DNA of 64,000 nucleotides from a virus. This document shows positions 36,828-45,648 of the stretch, piece by piece. A model generated the notes under the pieces. The model had not been told where the DNA came from. It ran no database searches and was given only the letters and a program-made list of their open reading frames with translations. The stretch covers positions 99,218 through 163,217 of the IMG/VR virus record IMGVR_UViG_3300028578_000003. The stretch is one strand, 5' to 3'. Position 1 is the stretch's first letter; every line of letters begins with the position of its first letter. Made by a program: the position numbers and the translations under genes.

Positions 36828-37612
36828 CCCCACCCCCCACCCCCGCCAGCGGCGGCGAGGACAAGCCGTACCGGTTGGTCGACGCCGAAAACTACGGCTG
36901 GCTGGTCACCGGCAGCGGCGACTACCGGGCCCCGCTGCTCGCCGTCGAACGCATGACCCTGGCCGAGATCACCGCGAAGCGGGGCCCGTGGCGGCCGGTC
37001 GAGCCGATCAGCGACGAAGACGAGCAGGACCTGACCACCGTGTTCGCCGCCTGCGGCCGCAAGACGATCGCCACCCTCGCCGCCGCGCTCGAGGTCGTCC
37101 ACGACGAGCTCCGCGAAAGCAAGGGTGGCCTCGGCCAGGCGCACGACTCGACCGACTACGCCGAACGCACCCTCACGGCCGGCCGGGAAGGCTCCTGGGA
37201 GTCCGCCGTACTCATGGAGGTCATCTGGTTCGGTAACAGCCTGAACCTGGCCCCGGTGAGGCGGAACGCCGCCAACTCGATCGCCGCCCGCCGCGCCGCC
37301 GGCCCGGCGCCACGGCGTGTCAACAAGGACGGCCGGGCGGCGATCGCCGCCGTGCTGCGCCGCTGGGTCACCGACCCGCACCGCTACACCGAGGTCGCTG
37401 AGACCCTCGCCGGGGTGGTGTCCCGGTACGCCGACCGTGCCGTCGACGCGGCCGGCGGCCCCCAGGTCGACGCGGCCGGCTACATGATGTCCGGTTGGAA
37501 AGCCGTCGCCGACCAGTGGCTGCAGCCCGGCGGAATGGACCGGGTGAACTTCGTGAGCTGCTACCGCCTGTTCTACTCCCTGTCCCGCTACTTCAACCCC
37601 CACCTGCTCTGA
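36824..37612 (+). CDS. Hypothetical protein, paralogue of 44044-44646
   Basis: RPVEP, TAGREGSWES, YTEVAETLAG, GWKAVAD. Confidence 0.75.
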   Translation: MTPPPTPASGGEDKPYRLVDAENYGWLVTGSGDYRAPLLAVERMTLAEITAKRGPWRPVEPISDEDEQDLTTVFAACGRKTIATLAAALEVVHDELRESKGGLGQAHDSTDYAERTLTAGREGSWESAVLMEVIWFGNSLNLAPVRRNAANSIAARRAAGPAPRRVNKDGRAAIAAVLRRWVTDPHRYTEVAETLAGVVSRYADRAVDAAGGPQVDAAGYMMSGWKAVADQWLQPGGMDRVNFVSCYRLFYSLSRYFNPHLL

Positions 37613-37623
37613 AGGAGGTCACA

Positions 37624-38298
37624 GTGGACACACCATCGCCGCCCTGGGGGCGGGAGCAAGGCGACCCGTACTCGACCCTGCTGAAACGCGCCCCCCACGG
37701 TGGGGAACACCACGGCGTACGGATGCTGCGCGACTTCACCTACGCCGAGATGATGGCCGGCCGGATCAGCGGCGCCACCCAGGACGAGGTCGGTCGGCTG
37801 CTGGACGCGCTGGCCGCCAGCCTGGAGGCGTGCGTCGGCGACATCATCGGCCCCCGCGGGCCCATCCCATGGGACGTGCTCGCGGTGCAGTCGCTTGTGG
37901 ACGATGGCCGCTACACGCGTCTGATCGGCCGCGATCGGCTCGTTGACCTCGGAGACGAACACGCGGAGGTGGCCGAGTACGACTGGTCCACCGCCGGCGG
38001 ATACGCCACCGACGAAGGGGTCCTGCACTACGCCCCCATCCGGGTGCTCGAGGTGGCCCACCGCCCGGACTGCGTGCCGGCCCCGGACCTGGTGGAAGCC
38101 ATCCGGTACGCCCTCCAGGTCAGGCAACGCGACTGGGAGCTCACCGTCGGCCAGCTGGTCGAGCGGATACCCGTAACGGGCACCACGGCCAGCCACGAGC
38201 AGGTCCTCACCGCGCTGCGGTGGATGCGCCGCGAAGGCCAGGTATTCCAGCCCAGCCCACACAGGTGGGCGCTGCGTCGAGAAGAGGAACAGCGGTGA
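37624..38298 (+). CDS. Hypothetical protein with C-terminal wHTH-like segment
   Basis: AAGGAGG RBS before GTG. Confidence 0.7.
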   Translation: MDTPSPPWGREQGDPYSTLLKRAPHGGEHHGVRMLRDFTYAEMMAGRISGATQDEVGRLLDALAASLEACVGDIIGPRGPIPWDVLAVQSLVDDGRYTRLIGRDRLVDLGDEHAEVAEYDWSTAGGYATDEGVLHYAPIRVLEVAHRPDCVPAPDLVEAIRYALQVRQRDWELTVGQLVERIPVTGTTASHEQVLTALRWMRREGQVFQPSPHRWALRREEEQR

Positions 38299-39041
38299 CC
38301 GACCCGCCCCGGCAAACAATGTCAGAAAACGGCGACCCGGCCGCCCGGGCGATCGCCGCGCTCACCGAGGCCGCGAACAGCGAACGCGACTTCGCCGAGC
38401 TGCTCTGCCGGGTCGCCGCCGCTGTCGCCGCGAACGTCGGCGGCACCGAGGTCCTGCTCTCCGGCCGGTCCGGGTCGTGGGAGGCGGACAAGGTCCGCCA
38501 ACTGCTCCACTGCACGGTCGGCGCCGACGAGGAACACCTGTGGCGCCACCGCACCATCCCGCTGCGCCTCAACCTGCACGTCGCGGACACCTGGTACGAC
38601 TTCGGCCTGGCCCAGATGTTCGAGACCGAGCGGGAAAAGGCGGTCGAAGACACCTTCAGCGACGACGAAGACGTGGCCGAGGCCGCCGGCCGGCTCGTCG
38701 ACGCGCTGGAAGGGCTTTACGACACCGACCTGGCCGCGTACGCGTTGGCGTACGCGGCCACGGTGAGGCAGGAGCTCGCCGCGCGCGGCGTCACCGTCGA
38801 CGTCGACCTGGTCCGGGTCGACGAAGAGGCCGGGCCGGTCGCGGCGGAGCAGTGGTCCGCGCTGGCCGAGGACCTGCACGCCGTGGCCCGGGAACGCACA
38901 CCGCTGCCGGCCACCGGGCAGAAACCGGACTGGTCGCTGGGCTCACCAGCGGTCGTGGTCCGCGCGGCCGGCCGCACATACACCGAGCGAGCCCGGGCGA
39001 CCGACCAGCCGGCGTCCGGGTCCACGTCGGAGGCCACGTGA
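38295..39041 (+). CDS. Hypothetical protein with GRSGSWEA motif
   Basis: GTGA overlaps on both sides. Confidence 0.75.
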   Translation: MTDPPRQTMSENGDPAARAIAALTEAANSERDFAELLCRVAAAVAANVGGTEVLLSGRSGSWEADKVRQLLHCTVGADEEHLWRHRTIPLRLNLHVADTWYDFGLAQMFETEREKAVEDTFSDDEDVAEAAGRLVDALEGLYDTDLAAYALAYAATVRQELAARGVTVDVDLVRVDEEAGPVAAEQWSALAEDLHAVARERTPLPATGQKPDWSLGSPAVVVRAAGRTYTERARATDQPASGSTSEAT

Positions 39042-39691
39042 TCGAGATCAGGGAGGGTTACCGGGCGGCGTGGGTTGGCCGGCACCCGGCTGGCGACCTG
39101 CGCTGCCGACCCGACGGGGCGGTCGAGTACGACACCGGCCGCCCGGGTGTGACCTGTGAGGTGGTCTACGCCGATGGCGTCAACGGGTACGTGGTCGAGG
39201 GGGGCGACGGCCGGTTCCGGACCACGTGGACGGAGCTTGACTGCGCGCTGTCGATGGCGCACCTGCGGCAGAAGATCCGTTGTTACCCGGTCGTCAGGTC
39301 CGGTTGCTGGCAGCCCGACAACTCGATGAGCGTGCGGCGGGCGTCCGGGCCCCGCCCGCGCCGCGGCCGCTATTCCACCGTCGCGGTCAACGGGATGTGG
39401 TTCGCGCAGTTCGGCTACTCGACGGGCAGCCCGGAGAACGGGTACCGCCGTCAGATGGAAGGGCATCGGGCCAGTTTCATCGCGTTCAATGGCCGGTTGC
39501 CGGTGGGCGGCACGGTCGATCATCACTGTAAGAACCCGCCGTGTGTGAACCCGGGCCATCTGGGTGAGGCGACTTCGGCTGAGAACGTGGCGCGGGAGTT
39601 GCCCGGTGCGGGGTATGGCGTGGTCCGCAAGGCGGGCCTCGACGACGCGTTGGCGGCGCTGGCCGCCCGGTTCAACAACAACCGCTCGTAG
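39038..39691 (+). CDS. HNH endonuclease
   Basis: HRASFIAFNG...VDHHCKNPPCVNPGHL...ENV. Confidence 0.88.
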   Translation: MIEIREGYRAAWVGRHPAGDLRCRPDGAVEYDTGRPGVTCEVVYADGVNGYVVEGGDGRFRTTWTELDCALSMAHLRQKIRCYPVVRSGCWQPDNSMSVRRASGPRPRRGRYSTVAVNGMWFAQFGYSTGSPENGYRRQMEGHRASFIAFNGRLPVGGTVDHHCKNPPCVNPGHLGEATSAENVARELPGAGYGVVRKAGLDDALAALAARFNNNRS

Positions 39692-39702
39692 AGAGGACCT
39701 CA

Positions 39703-40005
39703 GTGATCAAGTGGTTGCGGATCCGCCGGTTGCGGCGGGAACTGCGGGTGTTGTGGGCCTGCGCGGCGTTGGAGCGTGCCCGAGGAATCGAGCTGGTCCT
39801 AATGCTCGGCCAGTACGGGCTCTATGCGACCGTCGAGAAGCTCGAGCGGGACGGGATGCTGGTCGTCGAGCGGAGGGATCGGCCCGGGCCGCGGCGGGAG
39901 GGACGACCGCCGTACCGCTTCTACGTCGTGACCGAGGAAGGCCGGCGGTACACGGGCCACCTGGTGCGGTTGTTGTCGTCCCCTCAGGCGCAGGACGACC
40001 GATGA
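39703..40005 (+). CDS. PadR-like wHTH protein
   Basis: GLYATVEKLERDGML...RFYVVTEEGR. Confidence 0.7.
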   Translation: MIKWLRIRRLRRELRVLWACAALERARGIELVLMLGQYGLYATVEKLERDGMLVVERRDRPGPRREGRPPYRFYVVTEEGRRYTGHLVRLLSSPQAQDDR

Positions 40006-40907
40006 CGGTGCTGCTGTGGTCGCCGGACGCCCCGACGCGCTGCATGTGTGACGGGGCGTATCAGCCGCAGCTGAACCGGCACGGGAGACTGGTGATGTCG
40101 CGGGATCCGGCGTGGCGGATGTTCGAGCAGACCCGCGACCCGGAATGCCTGCAGGAGCGGTTCCGGGCGGGCGCCAAGCTGTACCGGCTGGAGTATCAGC
40201 ACCACACGACCTCGGTCAAGTCTGGTGCCGGCTACCCGGACGTGCACATGTGGGCGGCCGGCCGCGAGTCCGTGTACGTCGAGCTGAAGCGCATGGGCCG
40301 CGACCCGACCGTGGACCAGGTCCGCCGGATGGCCAGCTTGTTGTCCGTCCCGCACCGGGTGTTCCTGGCCCGGCCGTGCTGCCTGCTGGTCGGCGCCGTC
40401 GACGAGCTGCTGGCTGAGGTCGCCGGCACCCGCTGTCTGTACGCTCTGGGCCGCCGTCCGGCCGGCCCGGCACCGGACCCGACGGCGCTGGGGAACGGCT
40501 CCGTCACGGCCACGCCCGCGCCGGCTCCCGCCCACCCCCGGCCCCACCGGCTGGAGACGGCGTTGCCCGGCGCACCCGCGGCGGAGCCGTTCCCCAGCGC
40601 CGTCGGGTACGTGGTGCCGCTCACCGGCGACGCCGACGCGATGGGGGAGTTGGAGCAGTGGCTGCGCGGTGCCGGGTTCGCGCCGTCGTGGACACCGTTC
40701 CCGATCCGGTTCGTCGCCGGGCCCGGCACGGTCGCGGTGCAGGTCCGGCGCCTGGACGGCGAACGGGTCTGGCGCTGCGGCACCCCACCGGCGGCGTTTC
40801 CCGATGACCTGGCCGAGCGGCTGCGCGCCGACGTGATCGCGGGGCCGTCGTCGGACAGGGTGATGTCCTTGATCGAGGCCGTGCCCGCGTCGGCCGTCAT
40901 GAACTAG
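40002..40907 (+). CDS. VRR-NUC (PD-(D/E)XK) nuclease domain protein
   Basis: GYPDVHM...YVELKR...PTVDQ. Confidence 0.75.
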   Translation: MTVLLWSPDAPTRCMCDGAYQPQLNRHGRLVMSRDPAWRMFEQTRDPECLQERFRAGAKLYRLEYQHHTTSVKSGAGYPDVHMWAAGRESVYVELKRMGRDPTVDQVRRMASLLSVPHRVFLARPCCLLVGAVDELLAEVAGTRCLYALGRRPAGPAPDPTALGNGSVTATPAPAPAHPRPHRLETALPGAPAAEPFPSAVGYVVPLTGDADAMGELEQWLRGAGFAPSWTPFPIRFVAGPGTVAVQVRRLDGERVWRCGTPPAAFPDDLAERLRADVIAGPSSDRVMSLIEAVPASAVMN

Positions 40908-40938
40908 AGCCCCGCCGCCGCGGGGGAGAAGGAGCACC

Positions 40939-41661
40939 ATGTTGTTTGAGGCCAGGCCGGTTCCCGGCCGGATCGTATTTGTCGACACCGAGTTCACGAC
41001 GCTGGACAAGGGTCGACGCCACCCGTGGGAGATCGCCGTGATCGTCCGCGACCCGGGTAAGGAGGACGTCGAGATCGAGTGGCAGATCCGGCCGCCGTTG
41101 GCTGAGGCCTCACCGGAGTCGCTGCGGATCGGCCGGTTCTACGAGCGCTGCCGGTTGTGGGACATGGCGCCCGGTCACGGCCTGGTCGTCGTCGCGCCCG
41201 GCATTGAGGAGCTCAGGCGCGACGGCCCGATCGACGAAGTCCGCCGGGTCACCGTGGACTTCGTGGCCAGTGGGCTGGCGCGGATGCTGGACGGCGCGTA
41301 CCTGGTCGGCAAGGTGGTCTCGGCCGACGAGCTGACGCTGGAGCGGTTCCTGCACCGCTTGGGCCACTGCCTGACCAGCCACTACCGGCTCCGCTGTGTG
41401 GAGACGATGGCGCACGGCTTCCTGCTGGGCAAGATAGCCGAGCTCAACCAGGCTGGCCGGGGGAGTCTGGCGGGGGAGCTGGCCGCGCAGATCCCGCCGC
41501 CGCCGTGGGATCCGAAGGTCCTGGCCCGGCTGTGTGGGGTGGAACCGTCGCCGGCGGACCAGGCGCACCGGGCGCTGGTCGACGCGCGGCACGCCCGCGA
41601 CTTGTGGGACGCGATCCATGGTCTCCCGATGGTCGGTCGGTCAACCGAAACGTCGGACTAA
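40939..41661 (+). CDS. DEDD 3'-5' exonuclease (DnaQ-like)
   Basis: FVDTEFT...WEIA...HRALVDAR. Confidence 0.85.
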   Translation: MLFEARPVPGRIVFVDTEFTTLDKGRRHPWEIAVIVRDPGKEDVEIEWQIRPPLAEASPESLRIGRFYERCRLWDMAPGHGLVVVAPGIEELRRDGPIDEVRRVTVDFVASGLARMLDGAYLVGKVVSADELTLERFLHRLGHCLTSHYRLRCVETMAHGFLLGKIAELNQAGRGSLAGELAAQIPPPPWDPKVLARLCGVEPSPADQAHRALVDARHARDLWDAIHGLPMVGRSTETSD

Positions 41662-41851
41662 CAGCACCTTGTTGGGGAATGGTCGGGCGCGGCGTGGTGG
41701 GGGAGTCTGGCCCCGGGAGGTGCCCTCACCTTCTGCCCGGGCTCCGGCGCGCTACGGCGGGCGGCGCCGACCTTTCCCCCCGGGTTCCGTCCCGCCCGCC
41801 GTCGGGAGTACCTGGCATGGGTACAAGATCGAGTACGTCCTGGAGCCGGTG

Positions 41852-42175
41852 ATGGTGCCGCGCTCCGGGGACGTTCTGCATGTCACCCGGGAGGCGTCCG
41901 TGCAGTTCGTCGACCCGATGCTCTACCGGGTGATACGCGTCCACGACTGGCCGACGTACGAAGGCTGGATCTGGCTGGACGGGTACGAGCTGAACGGCGG
42001 TGGAGAGGCCGTCGAGCGGCGTTCCATCTTCGTGAAGGTTAGCGGTCTGCGGACCATCGGGAGCGCACCCGATGTGCGCCAGCGCAACGCGCGCGGATCG
42101 CGGCCTGGGATCCCGGCCGCGGTGGCGCGTAACGCCAGGCAGGAGCCGCGTCGGCGGTCGGTTCGGCCGGCGTAG
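41852..42175 (+). CDS. Hypothetical protein of a family common in Micromonosporaceae
   Basis: GDVLHVTREASVQF...RVIRV...TYEGWIWLDGYEL...AVERRSIFV. Confidence 0.75.
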   Translation: MVPRSGDVLHVTREASVQFVDPMLYRVIRVHDWPTYEGWIWLDGYELNGGGEAVERRSIFVKVSGLRTIGSAPDVRQRNARGSRPGIPAAVARNARQEPRRRSVRPA

Positions 42176-42188
42176 GAGAAGGGTGATG

Positions 42189-42227
42189 GAGGGCGGCCAC
42201 CGCAAGGGGAAGCGGGTGGCCGCCCTC
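42189..42227. terminator. Hairpin at end of operon
   Basis: GAGGGCGGCCACC / GGTGGCCGCCCTC. Confidence 0.55.
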
Positions 42228-42453
42228 GACCACCCGGGGGAATGCGGCAGCTGAGGAACCGGATGTAACGGACCTATCCCCATGATACGGGCGTATCCGT
42301 TCACGTTCGAGGGATTTGGGGCCCGGCGCTGCGGCCATGTCACCCAACCGACAAGCGCAATCCGGACAGACCCGTCCGCATACACCCGTCTCGGTGTAGC
42401 GCACTTATCGAGGGTCGGGGTAATCTACGGGGGACGCGAGGAGGGTGATCGGT

Positions 42454-42657
42454 ATGCGTCGACTCAAGAAAATCCTCAACTTCGACCACCGCCGATGCCC
42501 CTACAACACGCGTGCCGGGGCCGTGTTCGGCGTCGTCGTCGGCCTGGCCGCCGGCACCGCCGCGGCTATCGCCGGCGGGCCCGCCGGCCTGCTCACCGCC
42601 GTGCTCATGTTCACCGCCGTCGCGATAGCCGACTGGCGATTCCACGCGTCGAGATGA
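42454..42657 (+). CDS. Small membrane protein
   Basis: RBS GAGGAGG, two hydrophobic segments. Confidence 0.6.
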   Translation: MRRLKKILNFDHRRCPYNTRAGAVFGVVVGLAAGTAAAIAGGPAGLLTAVLMFTAVAIADWRFHASR

Positions 42658-43448
42658 GCGACAACCCGTTCCGGGTGGTCGCCGGCACCGGCCACCGCCG
42701 GCTTGAACACGGCGACCGCGCCTGGGTGAGCGGACAACTGCCCCGCGCGGCCGCCTGGCTACGCGACCACGCCGGCACCGAGGTCGGCATCTCCGGCCTC
42801 GGCTACGACCTCGACCTGGAGTGGGGCGAAGCAATCCTCGACGCCGGCCTCACCCTCTGGGTCGCCATCCCGTTCGAGGAACACGCGCTCGACTGGGACG
42901 ACGACTCCCTACGCCGCTGGCGGCGCCTACGCGCCGCCGCCGCACCCGACGGTGAACGACTGGTCGGCCGGCTGCCCCGCAACCTTCCCCCCGCCCGGCG
43001 GCGAAGCTACGTCGCCCAGCTGATGCACGCCCGGAACCGCGCCATGCTCGCCCGCGCCGGCGCCGTGCTGGCCGTATGGGAACCCGGCCGGCTCGACGGC
43101 GGCACCGCCGCCACCCTGCTGCACGCCGCCCACCGGGGGATGCCCGGCGTCCACCTCGACCCCGTGGCCCGGGCCGTCAACTTCCACTTGCCCGGCGTCG
43201 ACCAGCTGCAGAAGCTGACCCTCGAGCACACCGACTGCGGCCACATCCTCGCCGTCGGTGCCCGCGCCGACGTCGAACCCCGCCACGCCGTGCTCACCGC
43301 CGCCGGATACCCGGCGTGGCGGATCCGGCCCGGCCAGTACCGGGACCGCCGCGACACCGCCGGCTGCGACCGCTGCCGCATCGACCTGGACCGGTGGCGG
43401 GCCGCCGCCCGGGAGCTGTTCCCCCAGTCGGGCGAGAACGGCCGGTGA
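42654..43448 (+). CDS. SLOG-superfamily (YspA/DUF1273-like) protein
   Basis: AGTGHR, ISGLG, AIPF, RNRAML, AVWE...GGTAAT. Confidence 0.82.
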   Translation: MSDNPFRVVAGTGHRRLEHGDRAWVSGQLPRAAAWLRDHAGTEVGISGLGYDLDLEWGEAILDAGLTLWVAIPFEEHALDWDDDSLRRWRRLRAAAAPDGERLVGRLPRNLPPARRRSYVAQLMHARNRAMLARAGAVLAVWEPGRLDGGTAATLLHAAHRGMPGVHLDPVARAVNFHLPGVDQLQKLTLEHTDCGHILAVGARADVEPRHAVLTAAGYPAWRIRPGQYRDRRDTAGCDRCRIDLDRWRAAARELFPQSGENGR

Positions 43449-44044
43449 CCAGCCACGCCGCGCGCGTGTGGCACCGTCCGTGCCCGACCGCGCACCGTAC
43501 GCTGATCACCTTGGACACCCGACCGCGTTCACGGGAGCACACCGCCGTGCCCACCGCACACCTGTCGCCCGAGTACGTGCTGGCACCGGTCCGGCTCGAC
43601 AGCGACAAAGGCCCACTGCCGGGCATTGTGCTGCACTCACCCACCTTCACCTGGCCGTTCGATCCGGACCCCTACGTCCTGTCCGGGCCGGCCGAGCTCG
43701 TCGTGCGCGCCCACCAGGTCGGCCTGTGGTCCATCCTGGACCCGTTCGCGCCCGTACCCGACGCCGACCAGACGTGGACGTTCCGGCTCCCCAACCCGGT
43801 GAGGGCGGCCGCCCTCACCGGGCCCAGCGGGGTCCTGGTCATCGAACGCCCCCCGAAGATCAACGCCGCCTGGTGGTCGATGGCGGTCACCCAGGGCGCG
43901 AGGTGCACCCTGCTGATCGTTGCCTGCGTCCGGTTCCCCGACGCGGCGGCGGGCGAGTCCAGGGCGGCGGCGGCCGCCGCCACGCTGAACGCGGCCCTGG
44001 TGGATGGGCGTGTCGTCGGCGCCTCGATCGCGGTGGAGTTCTGA
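43445..44044 (+). CDS. Hypothetical protein
   Basis: Coupled ORF; start may be 43547. Confidence 0.6.
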   Translation: MTSHAARVWHRPCPTAHRTLITLDTRPRSREHTAVPTAHLSPEYVLAPVRLDSDKGPLPGIVLHSPTFTWPFDPDPYVLSGPAELVVRAHQVGLWSILDPFAPVPDADQTWTFRLPNPVRAAALTGPSGVLVIERPPKINAAWWSMAVTQGARCTLLIVACVRFPDAAAGESRAAAAAATLNAALVDGRVVGASIAVEF

Positions 44045-44646
44045 TGCGCGTACCCCGGATCGTCGACGGCCACGGCGTCACCTGGACCGCCGTACCCGCG
44101 GCCGCCGGCCACATCCTGTACCGCCACGGCGACTTCGCCATCCCGAAAGAGGAGATCCAGGCCAACTGGCCGGCCGCCCGGCCGGTCGAACCGCCACCCG
44201 CGGGCACCGTCGTCCACCTCCTGGAAGCTCTGCACGGCATGCTCGACAGCAGCCACGGCCGCCACCTGCTCGCCGGCACGCTCTGCGTCGCCCTCGACGA
44301 CGCCAGCCAAGCCGCCGGACCCAACTGCCCCCTGACCGCCGGCGGCACTGGCTCCAACGAGGCCCTGGCGGTCACCACCATGGCGTACGTCATCGGCCCC
44401 ACCCTGGCCGGCGACCCCACCCGCGTCGACGCGCGCGCGTTGCGGTGCTTCACCGACGTCGTACTGGACTGGATGACCGGCAAGCACCACTACACCGAAG
44501 TGGGGGAGAACCTCGCCGGCCTGATCGGCGGCGCCGTCCTCGAGGCGGGCGGCTGGCCAGCGATCGCCGACCCGCAACTGCGCGCCGGACCGTACACCGA
44601 CCTGTTGTCCTGGTACGTCACCTCCCGCGCGGGGGTGCCCGCATGA
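44044..44646 (+). CDS. Hypothetical protein, paralogue of 36824-37612
   Basis: RPVEP, TAGGTGSNEA, YTEVGENLAG, GWPAIAD. Confidence 0.75.
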   Translation: MRVPRIVDGHGVTWTAVPAAAGHILYRHGDFAIPKEEIQANWPAARPVEPPPAGTVVHLLEALHGMLDSSHGRHLLAGTLCVALDDASQAAGPNCPLTAGGTGSNEALAVTTMAYVIGPTLAGDPTRVDARALRCFTDVVLDWMTGKHHYTEVGENLAGLIGGAVLEAGGWPAIADPQLRAGPYTDLLSWYVTSRAGVPA

Positions 44647-44966
44647 ACTGGTTCCTGGCCGGTGTCGCCGTCGGCCCGCTGCTGCCGGCCGCGCTCCTCA
44701 CACTGCTGCTGCGCCGCCTACGCCGCGCCGGCCGACCAGACCGGGGCGCGGAGCGCATGGTCGCCATGTGGACGCTCGTGACCGTCGTTTCCGCGCTGGT
44801 CGCTCTGGCCTGCCCGGACCCGCCGCACTGGATCCGGGTCGTGCTGGTCGGCCCGCCCCTGCTGATCGGATTCGGGTTCATGATCCACCGGATCCGGAAG
44901 AACCCCACCGCGCTGTTCGCCCCGCAGACCGTCGACCGGTTGGGCCGCTGCCGAGGCCACCGATGA
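44643..44966 (+). CDS. Small membrane protein
   Basis: Three hydrophobic segments. Confidence 0.65.
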   Translation: MNWFLAGVAVGPLLPAALLTLLLRRLRRAGRPDRGAERMVAMWTLVTVVSALVALACPDPPHWIRVVLVGPPLLIGFGFMIHRIRKNPTALFAPQTVDRLGRCRGHR

Positions 44967-45304
44967 GCGGCCTCGCCCGCGAGATCGCCCGCCGCCGCCG
45001 GCAGGACGCACGCCGAGCCGCGGCCGCCGAACCACCACCACCACCACCACCGCCGCCGGTCCGCTGCTCGGCCGGGAACGAGGCCGGCCGCTGCTGCGTC
45101 GGCGACCCGTGGGCGACCTTCAGCCCGCACGACGTCGAGCCGCTGCCCCCGGCGGTGATCCGGGTCGCGGCCGACCACGGTGTGGAGCCGCACGCCCTGG
45201 ACGAGCACGTCGAAGCCATCCACGGCTGGGAACCCCACGACGTCGGCTACGACGCCCACGTCGCCGCGGCCGCCCTGTGCCTGCTGGACGGCGGGTGCCA
45301 GTGA
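44963..45304 (+). CDS. Hypothetical protein
   Basis: ATGA overlap. Confidence 0.6.
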   Translation: MSGLAREIARRRRQDARRAAAAEPPPPPPPPPVRCSAGNEAGRCCVGDPWATFSPHDVEPLPPAVIRVAADHGVEPHALDEHVEAIHGWEPHDVGYDAHVAAAALCLLDGGCQ

Positions 45305-45537
45305 CGCCCTCGACCCCACCAACTCGTGAGGAGGACCCTGTGGCCAGCACACCGGGCCCGGCCGTAGACCTGATCGACCACGCCGCCGGCATCATCGCTG
45401 CGGAGAAGCGCAAGCCGCACACCGGCCCGTACCACTGGGCCGGTGCGCTCTGGCAGGCCGGGATGCTCGTCCCGCCCGGCACCGCCACCGGCGAGCTCGC
45501 ACCCCCCACCGCCAGCACCACACCGGAAGCGGGGTAG
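45301..45537 (+). CDS. Hypothetical protein
   Basis: GTGA overlap; alternative start after GAGGAGG. Confidence 0.55.
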   Translation: MTPSTPPTREEDPVASTPGPAVDLIDHAAGIIAAEKRKPHTGPYHWAGALWQAGMLVPPGTATGELAPPTASTTPEAG

Positions 45538-45550
45538 CACGACCAGAGGG

Positions 45551-45593
45551 GTAACTGACGGTTACGCACCGTCCACGCTCCCGGCGGTAGGCT
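45551..45593 (+). promoter_or_regulatory. GTAAC-N5-GTTAC operator plus -10 (TAGGCT) upstream of XRE gene
   Basis: GTAACTGACGGTTAC; -10 starts 27 bp after start of GTTAC. Confidence 0.7.
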
Positions 45594-45648
45594 GGAAAAC
45601 CGACAGTGCCGACACCACCGTCGTCTATTTCACCCCGGAGGAGCTGGC

